Shown in pieces: positions 29,534-39,754 of a DNA stretch of 64,000 bases. Origin of the DNA: Candidatus Cloacimonadota bacterium (GTDB lineage Bacteria > Cloacimonadota > Cloacimonadia > JGIOTU-2); the NCBI GenBank assembly GCA_049903315.1, contig JBNGBT010000004.1, positions 1 through 64,000 on the forward strand, read 5' to 3'. The notes under the pieces are model-generated. The model did no database searches. It was not told where the DNA came from and saw nothing but the letters and a program-made list of their open reading frames with translations. Position numbers and translations under genes: made by a program. Within the stretch, counting starts at the first letter, position 1. Each line of letters starts with the position of its first letter.

Positions 29534-30660
29534 TGGATAAAATAAAAGTTGGATTTATTGGTGGGGGAGTAAATTCAGCCGTTGGGTCAGCACATTATAC
29601 TGCAATAAATATTGATAATAATTTCGAACTTATTACCGGTTTTTTTAGTAGAAATCAAACAACGAACTCAGAAACAGCTAAAAAATTTAAAATCAATAAT
29701 AATAAATTATATTTCTCAATTGATGAATTGATATTGAAAGAAAAAAATAATCTTGATGCGATTATAATTTTGACTCCAACAAACCAACATTCAGGTCAAG
29801 TGATACAGTGTCTTCAAAATAGAATACCAGTTATATGTGAAAAAGCATTAGCTGTTTCAAGCAAAGAAATACAAGAAATACAAGAAGTAATGAATAAAAA
29901 TAACGGATTTTTATCTGTCATTTATAATTATTTAGGATATCCGATTATTAGAGAATTGAAATCAATGATCAAAAATGGAGATCTTGGAGAAATGATACAT
30001 ATTCAAGTTGAGATGCCTCAGGAAAGTTTTATAAAGAACGATAAATTTCAAAAACCAATTATTCCACAGAAGTGGAGAATGGAAGATAAATCGGTTTCTA
30101 CTATTTCTTTAGATTTAGGAGTTCACTTGCATATGCTTAATAAATATTTAATTGAAAAAACTCCTTTAAAGGTCATAGCAAATAGCGAATCAATTGGAAA
30201 TTTTAATTCTATTGTAGATAATGTTAATTGCCTAATTCTATATAATGATAATATTTTATGTAATATGTGGTTTAGTAAGATTGCTTCTGGAAGTAGAAAT
30301 GGCATGAGAATAAGGGTATTTGGGAGTAAAGGCTCAGCTGAATGGATACAGGAAAATCCTGAAATTCTTTATAGAGCTGATACACAAGGAAAAAGATGGA
30401 TAGTAGATAGATCTCATCCTGATGTTATAATTTGTAATCAAAAAAAATATAAACGATTTAATGCAGGCCATCCAATCGGTTTTATTGAAGCATTTGCTAA
30501 TTATTACAATGACGTAGCTGAAGCTTTGATTAACTATAAGAAAACAGGGAATTATGAATCAACTGAAGTTTTTGGAATTAATGAATCTGCTGAAGGAATA
30601 AGATTATTTGAAGCTGTTGATAAGTCCAGTAGAGAAAAGCGATGGATTGATATAAATTAG
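29533..30660 (+). CDS. Gfo/Idh/MocA family oxidoreductase
   Basis: GFIGGG..SAVG..H, VICEKAL, YNY.GYP, DLGVH, GHP.GFIEAFANYY. Confidence 0.88.
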   Translation: MDKIKVGFIGGGVNSAVGSAHYTAINIDNNFELITGFFSRNQTTNSETAKKFKINNNKLYFSIDELILKEKNNLDAIIILTPTNQHSGQVIQCLQNRIPVICEKALAVSSKEIQEIQEVMNKNNGFLSVIYNYLGYPIIRELKSMIKNGDLGEMIHIQVEMPQESFIKNDKFQKPIIPQKWRMEDKSVSTISLDLGVHLHMLNKYLIEKTPLKVIANSESIGNFNSIVDNVNCLILYNDNILCNMWFSKIASGSRNGMRIRVFGSKGSAEWIQENPEILYRADTQGKRWIVDRSHPDVIICNQKKYKRFNAGHPIGFIEAFANYYNDVAEALINYKKTGNYESTEVFGINESAEGIRLFEAVDKSSREKRWIDIN

Positions 30661-30669
30661 GATAATAAA

Positions 30670-31818
30670 GTGAAAAATATACTTTTATTAGATACAAGCT
30701 TTTCAGCAAAAACAATCTATGATTATTTAGAAAAATCTGGTAATGTTTATGTGATGGGAAATAGACCAGATGATTTCCTGGCAAAGATTTCTCCAAACTA
30801 TATAAACCAAAATTACGCTGATATTGAGTCTGTTCTTAAAGTATTAGATAATTTTAAAATTAATTTTTTGGTTCCTGGGGGAAATGATTTTTCTTATAAG
30901 ATTTGTTCAAAAATTAATAGTATAATCCCCTTTTATAATACTGATTCAGAAGAAGTAAATGAAATAATCAATAATAAAGAAAAATTCAGAAAGTTCTCTA
31001 TCAATAATAATCTTAATGTTCCAAAACTGGTAGATGAAGATAATATTGCTAATCATTTACCGGTAATTATAAAATCGGTTGATGCTTATAGTGGGCATGG
31101 GATGACAATAATTGACAACGAGAATATCGATTTATTACAAGAAAGTATAGAAAATGCAAAATCATTTTCAAAAAGCGGAAATTATATTATAGAAGAATTT
31201 GTTGAAGGCCAATTATATAGTCATTCAGCTTTTATTTCAAATGGTAAAATTATTGAAGATTTTATTGTAAAAGAATACTGTAGTACTAACCAATATGTAG
31301 TTGATATCAGCTATGTTGATGATGATTTTACTTCTCAGATGAGAGAAGAAATCAGAAAAGATATTACAACAATTGCTAAAGAGTTAACATTACATGATGG
31401 ATTAATTCATACTCAATTTATAGCAAATGGTGATAATTTTTGGATAATTGAAATTACACGACGCTGTCCTGGAGATTTATATAGTCAACTCATAGAATTT
31501 AGTACAGGATTTCCTTACGCCGAATATTATACCAAACCGTTTCTAAATGTCAAAAACGAAATATTTACTCAGCCCAAAGAGATTAATCATATATTGAGGC
31601 ATACAATATCCTCAAAGGAAGAAAATGTTTTCCATTATTTCGAATTGAATCAACCTTTAATAATTCGAAAATTATTACCTATGGTTCTACCAGGAGATAT
31701 TGTTAAAGAAAGCCCTTTTGGAAGAATTGGATTGTTATTTGTGAAATTTGAAAACAAAAGTGATTTATTGAAATCGATTCCAAAGTTTACATCAAAACAG
31801 ATCTATTCTGTGAATTAA
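30670..31818 (+). CDS. ATP-grasp ligase
   Basis: LVPGGND, NNKEKFRKF, PVIIK.VDAYSGHG, IEEFVEG, HTQFI, IEITRRCPGDLY. Confidence 0.85.
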   Translation: MKNILLLDTSFSAKTIYDYLEKSGNVYVMGNRPDDFLAKISPNYINQNYADIESVLKVLDNFKINFLVPGGNDFSYKICSKINSIIPFYNTDSEEVNEIINNKEKFRKFSINNNLNVPKLVDEDNIANHLPVIIKSVDAYSGHGMTIIDNENIDLLQESIENAKSFSKSGNYIIEEFVEGQLYSHSAFISNGKIIEDFIVKEYCSTNQYVVDISYVDDDFTSQMREEIRKDITTIAKELTLHDGLIHTQFIANGDNFWIIEITRRCPGDLYSQLIEFSTGFPYAEYYTKPFLNVKNEIFTQPKEINHILRHTISSKEENVFHYFELNQPLIIRKLLPMVLPGDIVKESPFGRIGLLFVKFENKSDLLKSIPKFTSKQIYSVN

Positions 31819-31824
31819 ATTTTT

Positions 31825-32880
31825 ATGATAATCTTTAATGATAAACGGGATGCATATTTTAAACTAAAACAATATCTTAACGAAAGTAAGTTCAGTAAAG
31901 TATTTATTCTTTGTGATAATAATACAAAAGAAAATTGCTTACCTTTGTTCATTGTTAAGATAGGTAAATCAGGATTAAAACAGAGTATTATTGAGATAAA
32001 AAATGGCGAAAAAAATAAAAATCTCAAAACTTGTGAACTTATTTGGACTAACCTATTAGAGCAAAATTGCGACAGACACTCGTTAATGATAAATCTTGGA
32101 GGAGGGGTAATAACTGATATAGGTGGGTTTGCTGCTTCTACTTTTAAAAGAGGAATTAAGTATATTAATATTCCTACTACATTATTAGCTATGGCTGATG
32201 CAAGTTCGGGCGGTAAAACGGGGATAGATTATCTTGGATATAAGAACATGATTGGCGTCTTTTCACAACCACAGTTTACTATAATTGATACAGATTATTT
32301 GAAAACACTTGAAGAAATTCATTTAAAAAGTGGTTTTGCTGAAATGTTGAAACATGGATTAATTAGAAATGTCAAACATTGGAATGAACTTATTAGTGCA
32401 GGTTATAAGAATATGACTTATAAATTGATAAAAGATTCAGTTAATATAAAATCCGAAATTGTTGAAAGTGATCCTTTCGAATCGGGACAAAGAAAATTAT
32501 TAAATTTTGGACATACTGTAGGTCATGCTATTGAGTCATTATCCCTTAAAAATGACGATAATCATTTGACTCATGGTGAAGCAGTCGCTATTGGAATGAT
32601 TGTAGAAAGTTACATTTCATATTCATTAGGTATGATTGATGAAGAAGCATTACAGCAAATATCTAAAAATATTTTTAAATGTTACTCCTTATATGAAATT
32701 CCGAAATATGGACTTGAAGAAATTCTCGAATATTTGAAAAATGATAAAAAAAGCATAAAAGATACATATCTTTTTGTTTTACTTAAAAATATCGGCGAAG
32801 CTGTTTACAATAACAGAGTTGAAGAAGAAATAATAATTAAGGCTTTGGGTTATTACTCTACTACTAAAAAATATGTATAA
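31825..32880 (+). CDS. aroB: 3-dehydroquinate synthase
   Basis: GGGVITDIGGFAA, PTTLLAMADASSGGKTG, KNMIG, LLNFGHTVGHAIE, HGEAVAIGM, DKK. Confidence 0.93.
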   Translation: MIIFNDKRDAYFKLKQYLNESKFSKVFILCDNNTKENCLPLFIVKIGKSGLKQSIIEIKNGEKNKNLKTCELIWTNLLEQNCDRHSLMINLGGGVITDIGGFAASTFKRGIKYINIPTTLLAMADASSGGKTGIDYLGYKNMIGVFSQPQFTIIDTDYLKTLEEIHLKSGFAEMLKHGLIRNVKHWNELISAGYKNMTYKLIKDSVNIKSEIVESDPFESGQRKLLNFGHTVGHAIESLSLKNDDNHLTHGEAVAIGMIVESYISYSLGMIDEEALQQISKNIFKCYSLYEIPKYGLEEILEYLKNDKKSIKDTYLFVLLKNIGEAVYNNRVEEEIIIKALGYYSTTKKYV

Positions 32881-34066
32881 TAATATAACTTTAGTAAATG
32901 CACATTGGAACAACCGCGGAGATGAGGCCGCTCATTTAGCATTCATTGAGAAATTACAGCAAATATTTCCTGAAAGTAAAATCACAATCCTTATAAAGGA
33001 TGGAAAATCTGTTGAACAATTTCCTGAATTAAGAAATGTTACTTCTTATGCAGCCAAGTTCAAAGTAAAAATCTGGGAAATCTGGGTTTCTGTCTTAACA
33101 AGAGGTTTTTTTACTTTTAATAAAGAGTTAAAAAAAACTGTTCTGGCTCTTAAGAATTCTGATCTTATTATTTACCCTCCGGGTGGTTCGGTTATTAATG
33201 ATAGATTCTTCTGGTGGAAACAAATGGAATATCTCACACCATTTTTATGTGCTAAAATTTATAAAATACCCATGTTCGTTGCGGCACCGTCGATTGGACC
33301 TTTCCCTAAAAAAAATACTATTAGAAAATGGCTTTTAAAAACTCCCAAAGTAATATGCGTTAGAGAAGATATATCTCGAAAATATTTAGCAGATATTGGG
33401 ATAAAAGATAATGTCTATGTAGCCATGGACTTAGCTTTTTTAAATACCATCGATGAAAAAATGAATGAGGAAAAATTACAAAAACATTCAGAACTTAATA
33501 ATTTTTTAATTACTAATAAAAAAGTTGTGGGAATAACAATATCAGATTTTACTTGGCATGTAAAATATGGAAAAGATGAAAAATTAATGCAAAGAATTGA
33601 GGAATCTTTTCATCAAGTTATTGAAAATTTGGAGAAGAAAGGTTATTCCATACTATTTATTCCACAATTGTTTGGTAATCAAAACGATACTGAATATTTA
33701 TCTCGATTCAAGACCCAAAATTCATTTTTCATAGATGAGAATTATAATACATTCTTTCAACAATACATTATTTCGAAATTATATGCTGTGATCGGTTTAA
33801 GATATCATTCAAATATCTTTGCTGCTAAGATGGGAACGCCTTTTGTCTCTGTAGTTTATGAAGAAAAAATGGAAGGTTTCCTGAAATTGGCTGAACTTAC
33901 TGAATACTCATTACCACTATCTGAAATATCTGCATCAAAGATATTAGAGAAGTTCTTATTGCTTGAGATTAATTATCAGCAGATTAAATTACACCTCAAG
34001 GTAAAAAATAAAAATTGGAAGAAAATAGCTGCAAAAACAATTGAGTTATTCAGGAAATATAAATAA
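32873..34066 (+). CDS. Polysaccharide pyruvyl transferase family protein (WcaK-like)
   Basis: NRGDEA, PGGS, SIGPF, VREDIS, GLRYHSNIFA, YEEK. Confidence 0.88.
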   Translation: MYNNITLVNAHWNNRGDEAAHLAFIEKLQQIFPESKITILIKDGKSVEQFPELRNVTSYAAKFKVKIWEIWVSVLTRGFFTFNKELKKTVLALKNSDLIIYPPGGSVINDRFFWWKQMEYLTPFLCAKIYKIPMFVAAPSIGPFPKKNTIRKWLLKTPKVICVREDISRKYLADIGIKDNVYVAMDLAFLNTIDEKMNEEKLQKHSELNNFLITNKKVVGITISDFTWHVKYGKDEKLMQRIEESFHQVIENLEKKGYSILFIPQLFGNQNDTEYLSRFKTQNSFFIDENYNTFFQQYIISKLYAVIGLRYHSNIFAAKMGTPFVSVVYEEKMEGFLKLAELTEYSLPLSEISASKILEKFLLLEINYQQIKLHLKVKNKNWKKIAAKTIELFRKYK

Positions 34067-35208
34067 TGGCAAAAGGTAAAGTTAATATATTAGATGAAAG
34101 TGCTTTAAGGGATTGTACAGGATGTGGCGGATGTAGTTTAATATGTCCATCCAATGCGATCAACATGAACTTTGATATATATGGTTTTTTCCGTCCATCT
34201 ATTGAGATGGATCTCTGTACTATGTGTGGTGCATGTACCGAAGTCTGTTATAAGTTTAATGAGTTTGATAACATTAATCCTTATAAAAATTCTGAAGTTA
34301 TCGCAGTAACAAATAATTATATTGATGATATGAATTTAGTAACGACAGCAGGTATCGCTACCAGATTGGCTGAATATTTTTATGAAAAAGATTATAATAT
34401 ATGTGGTGTAAAGTATGATTATAATAGTGATACTACAAAACATGATGTAGCAAATTCTTTGGATGATATTTTAGAATATAGAGGTTCGAAGTATATACCA
34501 AGTAATACCAAAATAGCGTTTGAAAAAATCCTGAAAGAAAACAAAAAATCTATTGTTTTTGGTTTACCCTGTCAAATATTTGGACTAAGAAAAGTTATAG
34601 AAAAAAAGAAAATAGCTGATAATTTTATTTTAATAGACTTTTTCTGTGCAGGCATACTTTCTAAGAAATTATGGGATAAATACTTAGATTATTTAAGAAG
34701 AAAATTTTCTATTTCAAAAATAAAACAAATCAATTTTAAAGATAAAACAGAAGGTTGGAGAAAATCATCTTTATATGTAATTGATGAATCTGGAAATAAT
34801 TATAAGCAAAATAGATTTAATGATATTTTTTACGCATTTTTATTGAGAAGAGTACCATATCAAGAAGCATGTTATGATAGTTGTGCATTTCGAAGACATG
34901 TTGTTTCTTCAGATATTCGGCTTGGTGATTTTTGGGGACCTAAATATAAAGCTTGGGATGATGGAGTAGAACTTATGACACTTATGAATGATAAAGGTAG
35001 ATATGCATGGAATGAAATAAAAGATTATTTTTCTTATCAAATATGTAAAGAAAAAGACCTATATGAATCGCAAGATTCAGGAGCTATGAATATGCATGTT
35101 AAAAAACCAAAAAATTATAAACAAGTAATAACTGCTTTATCTTCAAAACAAAATATTGAAGAGATTTTCAGAGATTTGCAAATTGCAAAAATACCTATTA
35201 GTAATTAA
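34066..35208 (+). CDS. Fe-S protein with F420-reducing hydrogenase beta (FrhB/FdhB)-like domain
   Basis: CTGCGGCSLICP and CTMCGACTEVC 4Fe-4S motifs, RGSKY, GLPCQI.GL, DIRLGDFWG. Confidence 0.85.
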   Translation: MAKGKVNILDESALRDCTGCGGCSLICPSNAINMNFDIYGFFRPSIEMDLCTMCGACTEVCYKFNEFDNINPYKNSEVIAVTNNYIDDMNLVTTAGIATRLAEYFYEKDYNICGVKYDYNSDTTKHDVANSLDDILEYRGSKYIPSNTKIAFEKILKENKKSIVFGLPCQIFGLRKVIEKKKIADNFILIDFFCAGILSKKLWDKYLDYLRRKFSISKIKQINFKDKTEGWRKSSLYVIDESGNNYKQNRFNDIFYAFLLRRVPYQEACYDSCAFRRHVVSSDIRLGDFWGPKYKAWDDGVELMTLMNDKGRYAWNEIKDYFSYQICKEKDLYESQDSGAMNMHVKKPKNYKQVITALSSKQNIEEIFRDLQIAKIPISN

Positions 35209-35354
35209 TTTAATCAGATGGGTTGAATACTAAGAAAATTTAAAAATTGTTAATGATAAAAGAAGAACTTATGGGTATAGATTAATTCGAAAAACGTAAA
35301 ATAATATTATTTTTGTTAGTTCAGTATTCTGTTCCAAATAAATTAAGGATTTTA

Positions 35355-36476
35355 ATGGAATATAAAACAAGTATTAACTCAATTCTCGAAAAAGCTATGA
35401 GTATTAACTCAATTCTTGAAAAAGCAAAAGAGTATCATAAATATAATTGGTTGGAAGAAGCAGAAAAATACTATAGAGCTATATTAGTTAAGATACCTGA
35501 TCATCCAGAGGCAAATCACAATTTGGGTGATATAGCAATGAGAGTAAACAAACCGGAAGTAGCATTAATTTTTTTTGAAAAAGCTTTAAGAATAAAACCA
35601 GAATGCAAACAGTTTCAAAATTCTTTAGAAAATGTTAAGGAGATGTTAAAATCAAGTTCAATTATTACTCAAAATATAGAGCATTCTGATATCTTTGAAT
35701 TAATGGGAAGTGATTTTATTTTTGAAAGAAAAATAAAATCACTTGAAAATAAGTTGTTCTTACTCAACGAAAAAATAAATAATATACATGAAGCATTGAT
35801 CTCACTAGATGTATTTGAGATGAAAAATATTGATGATGTATCTTCTAGAATGTTACCTATTGAAACTATTAACAAAAACTCAATGAAAACATTAATTGCA
35901 TTTGGGGGTATGGCTTCAGGATTGTCAATGCCGCCGAAAGAATTTTTTAAAAGTTTTATTCATAAAAATATAAATATAATCTTTGTAAAAGATTTTAAGC
36001 AATGTTGGTATCAAAAAGGTTTATTAGGTAAGACTAGTGATATTGAGAGTTCAATTGAGTATCTAAAAAATATTATCCCTAAAACTACTGAAAAACTAGT
36101 AACACTTGGTGCATCAGCTGGAGGGTATGCAGCAATAAGATTTGGTATAGCATTAAATGCTGATCGCATAATAGCATTTTCTCCACAAACATTAATTGAT
36201 GAAGAAACTGCAAGGGTGTTTTCTAAAAGTTGCTTAAGGAATATGATATTTGATAATATTGATTTAGATTTAAAAAAAATACTTGATAAGTATAATCCAG
36301 AAGTTAAAGTAGAAGTTTATTATGCAGTATATAATAATAGAGATAAGACAAATGTAAACAACATAAAAGATTATGTAAAAGAGTTTTCATATGAAACGGA
36401 TACACATTTATTAGCATCATATTTGAAAGAAAAAGGGTTGCTTAAAAAAATTGTAGATTCTATTTGTGAGAATTAA
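35355..36476 (+). CDS. TPR domain plus alpha/beta-hydrolase-like protein
   Basis: TPR (AEKYYRAIL..IPDHPEANHNLG); C-terminal GASAGGYAA nucleophile elbow and AFSPQT. Confidence 0.65.
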   Translation: MEYKTSINSILEKAMSINSILEKAKEYHKYNWLEEAEKYYRAILVKIPDHPEANHNLGDIAMRVNKPEVALIFFEKALRIKPECKQFQNSLENVKEMLKSSSIITQNIEHSDIFELMGSDFIFERKIKSLENKLFLLNEKINNIHEALISLDVFEMKNIDDVSSRMLPIETINKNSMKTLIAFGGMASGLSMPPKEFFKSFIHKNINIIFVKDFKQCWYQKGLLGKTSDIESSIEYLKNIIPKTTEKLVTLGASAGGYAAIRFGIALNADRIIAFSPQTLIDEETARVFSKSCLRNMIFDNIDLDLKKILDKYNPEVKVEVYYAVYNNRDKTNVNNIKDYVKEFSYETDTHLLASYLKEKGLLKKIVDSICEN

Positions 36477-36539
36477 AGACACAGAATTAAAAAATAGAAG
36501 GACTAAAGAAATCACATATAATTAATAAAAAGAAAATAA

Positions 36540-37379
36540 ATGCAATACATACGTTTAAATAATAATTTGGAAATGCCAATCATAGGAATCGGAACTTTTC
36601 CTCTTAAAGGTGTATCTTTAATAAAAACTGTATTGAATGCTTATAATTGTGGCTATATGAGTTTTGATACAAGTGCTGCCTACTTTAATGAAGAATGCTT
36701 AGGTGTTGCAATGAAACGTATTATTTCTTATGGTGGATCCTTGCCATTCATTACAACAAAGCTAAGTAATACGAGTCAAAGAGAAAACAATGTTAGAGAA
36801 GGTTTCTTTCATAGTTTGAAGAAATTAGGATTAAAAAAAATAGATTTATATTTAATGCATTGGCCTTATCCTGAAAAGTATTTAGAATCCTGGAAACAGA
36901 TGGAAGCCTTATATAGGGAAGGTTTAGTCGGCGCAATTGGAGTGTGTAATTTTCATCAGCATCATTTAGAACAGTTATTAGAAGTAGCAGAAATTGTCCC
37001 AGCAGTTAATCAAATAGAATTACATCCCCTTTTGTCTCAGAAACCGTTAAGAAATTATTGTAAAGATAAACGAATACATGTACAAGCATACTCTCCTCTT
37101 GCTAGAATGGATCCAAAGCTTGTTAAACATCCGGTGTTAATTGAATTATCAAAGAAATATAAAAAAACTGTCCCCCAAGTAATATTGAGATGGAATATTC
37201 AAGAAGGAATTATGGTAATACCAAAATCGGGCAATAAGAATAGAATAGAAGAAAATATTGAAATTTTTGATTTTGAATTAACAAAAAATGAGATGTTAGA
37301 AATAGATAATATTAATGAAGATTATAGAGTAAGATTCAATCCCGATACAGTAGACTATGTTAATATATTGAAAGCCTAG
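36540..37379 (+). CDS. Aldo/keto reductase
   Basis: FDTSAAYFNE, DLYLMHWP, AIGVCNF, VNQIELHP, QAYSPL, VIPKS. Confidence 0.92.
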   Translation: MQYIRLNNNLEMPIIGIGTFPLKGVSLIKTVLNAYNCGYMSFDTSAAYFNEECLGVAMKRIISYGGSLPFITTKLSNTSQRENNVREGFFHSLKKLGLKKIDLYLMHWPYPEKYLESWKQMEALYREGLVGAIGVCNFHQHHLEQLLEVAEIVPAVNQIELHPLLSQKPLRNYCKDKRIHVQAYSPLARMDPKLVKHPVLIELSKKYKKTVPQVILRWNIQEGIMVIPKSGNKNRIEENIEIFDFELTKNEMLEIDNINEDYRVRFNPDTVDYVNILKA

Positions 37380-37449
37380 TTATCAATTATAAATAATAAA
37401 TGTTAGTGTATTATTTTGACAATAATATTGAGGTGTAGCGTGATATTTA

Positions 37450-37620
37450 GAATGTTTATCTTCCCTTTATAAAGAAGATTTTGATGAGAACCTGACAAAA
37501 TTAGCAATTTAAGAATCTGATAGACCTATTTTATTTGAAGTATTTACTGAGAAAGATAAAGATGCATTAATTTTAATGGATTTTTATGATGAATGTAGAA
37601 AAGCTCTTAAACTACAATAA
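37450..37620 (+). pseudogene. C-terminal remnant of a MenD-like TPP enzyme
   Basis: ECLSSLYKEDFDENLTKLAI*ESDRPILFEVFTEKDKDA...* resembles the C-terminus of MenD-like proteins from polysaccharide loci (recognised by eye). Confidence 0.5.
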
Positions 37621-37667
37621 AATAGGAAATTATATAAATAATTCGAATAATTAAGAAATAACCTTAT

Positions 37668-38714
37668 ATGGAAAAGCTTAGAACCGAAGCAGAAATAATA
37701 AAGAACTGGCAGGGAGATATTACAAAACCCCTGGTAAGTATCGGTTGTATTACATACAACCATGAGAAATATATTCGAGATGCTTTAGAAGGTTTTTTAA
37801 TACAAAAAACTGATTTTCCATTTCAAATATGCATCCTTGATGACGCTTCAACTGATGATAATGTTAAAATAATACAGGAATATGCTGAAAAATATCCAAG
37901 GATATTTAAATGTTTTTTTTTGAAAGAAAATACCTGGGGTAAACCTTATCGCATAGAAAGAGCAAAACCGTATTTAGATGCTCGTGATCAAGCAAAATAT
38001 ATTGCTTATTGTGAAGGAGATGATTATTGGATTGATCCATTAAAATTACAGAAACAGATTGATTATCTAGAAGAAAATCCGACGTATGGATTAGTACATA
38101 CAGATGTGAATATAAAATATGAAAAAAACAACAAAATAATTAGTAATTATAACAAAGAAACAAATATAAAACTTTTAGGAAACAATGCATTTGAGGAAAT
38201 TCTTTCCTTTGAATATCCCATACAAACTTGCACTACCTGTCTTCGTACTGAATTGATTCAAAGATATCACTATTCTGATAAAAAAAGATCACAATTTCAA
38301 GTGGGAGATACTCCAATTTGGATGGATTTAGCAATGCATTCAAACGTTAGATACATTGATGAATCAATGGCAGTTCGCAGGATAATAGAAGAATCAGCGA
38401 GCCAAACCAAAAATATAACTAAGAAAATAAATTTCATTAAATCTGTTTTTTCTGCAAGAATGCATTATATTGATAAATATGATTGTTCAACACAATTAAA
38501 AAAAATAGTTCAAATAAAGTATAATAAGAAAATGTTAAAATACGGCTATCATTATACTGATAAGGCAGTTTCTAATAATGCTTATAAAGAACTTAAAGAC
38601 TTAGGGTATATTTTTACATTTGATGACTACATGTTTTTAATTGGTTCAAAAAACCACATATTAAAACTTTTCGTAAAAATTTATTTTAAAATTAATAAGA
38701 TATTAAAGAAATGA
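37668..38714 (+). CDS. Glycosyltransferase family 2
   Basis: VSIGCITYNHEKYIRDALEGFL, DDASTD, CEGDDYWIDPLKLQKQ. Confidence 0.93.
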   Translation: MEKLRTEAEIIKNWQGDITKPLVSIGCITYNHEKYIRDALEGFLIQKTDFPFQICILDDASTDDNVKIIQEYAEKYPRIFKCFFLKENTWGKPYRIERAKPYLDARDQAKYIAYCEGDDYWIDPLKLQKQIDYLEENPTYGLVHTDVNIKYEKNNKIISNYNKETNIKLLGNNAFEEILSFEYPIQTCTTCLRTELIQRYHYSDKKRSQFQVGDTPIWMDLAMHSNVRYIDESMAVRRIIEESASQTKNITKKINFIKSVFSARMHYIDKYDCSTQLKKIVQIKYNKKMLKYGYHYTDKAVSNNAYKELKDLGYIFTFDDYMFLIGSKNHILKLFVKIYFKINKILKK

Positions 38715-39754
38715 GAAACCGTATTTTTGATAAATTTGCAGAAAACCTATTGATAAATAACACAACTATTGGGATTCATGAAATACTAGAAAAAAATTAT
38801 TATTATTTGGAATCATTACTTACAAAAGATGGTGCCTTAATCGATAGATATGCAAGATCAGCGCTTGATTTTCAGTATCACATTCCCTGGTTTGTCCTAA
38901 GTTCTTCCATGTTGTATAAAATTGAAAACAAAAAGGTTTATATTAAGAATATAGAAAAAACTTTTACTCATCTTAATAAGATTGGTTTCAATGTAAATAA
39001 AAGATCTAATTCTTTTATTAGTATACCCTTATCACTTAGTTTAATTTTTTTAAATGAATCATCAATAACAGACCCATTATCAAAATATATCACAAATATT
39101 GATCATTATCCTGAATATGATTCAAATCAAAATGCAAATAATTTTTTTTGTTTAAAAATGTTAGCATTGTTACTGAAAAAAGAAATTTTACATATTAATC
39201 TTAAACAAGAAGATTTGGCATTTATTGATAAGATTATAAATATAAAAATTCCTACTTGGCAATCTGCCGATGGATTTTTCTATGATTCACCATACACAAT
39301 AAGAAAGAGAATCGGCACCCCCCATCTAACATATCATGCCACAATGTGGATGACTTTAATTTTTTCTGCTCTGTTGTTAGATGACAAGAAACTGATAGAA
39401 AGAAGTCGTTTAGCATTTAAAGCATTGGAATCTGTTACAGGTCCTAATGGTGAAATCTCTTATGGTAGAAGCAATAATGCAAGTTTTGGTTATTCAAGTG
39501 CCATTTTAGCTTGTACACTACATTCAATTATAGAACCCAAGGATAAAGCAAAATTGTTAAAATATAGAAATAAATTATTGAAGAGTTTACTAGATAATAG
39601 AGCAGATGATGGGCATTTTTACATTGTTCCCAATCCCTATGAGAAAAAACGTTGTGGATTTGATCATTATATGTTTGTTACGGTTTACGGAAGCTGGACG
39701 CTTGGATTATTATTATTATCTCATCTATTAATACCATTTGAAGAAAATGACTAA
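38711..39754 (+). CDS. Hypothetical protein, probable alpha/alpha-toroid fold
   Basis: Intact coupled ORF; WQSADGFFYD, HLTYHA, YGRS, DGHF motifs. Confidence 0.55.
   Translation: MRNRIFDKFAENLLINNTTIGIHEILEKNYYYLESLLTKDGALIDRYARSALDFQYHIPWFVLSSSMLYKIENKKVYIKNIEKTFTHLNKIGFNVNKRSNSFISIPLSLSLIFLNESSITDPLSKYITNIDHYPEYDSNQNANNFFCLKMLALLLKKEILHINLKQEDLAFIDKIINIKIPTWQSADGFFYDSPYTIRKRIGTPHLTYHATMWMTLIFSALLLDDKKLIERSRLAFKALESVTGPNGEISYGRSNNASFGYSSAILACTLHSIIEPKDKAKLLKYRNKLLKSLLDNRADDGHFYIVPNPYEKKRCGFDHYMFVTVYGSWTLGLLLLSHLLIPFEEND

Noticed and set aside
27105..32880. Complete AHBA/ansamycin-type antibiotic cluster
   Set aside because: No PKS or NRPS and no RifJ, RifM or RifN equivalents; the aminotransferase looks VioA-like and the context is wzx/wzy. 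Kept only as an alternative hypothesis.
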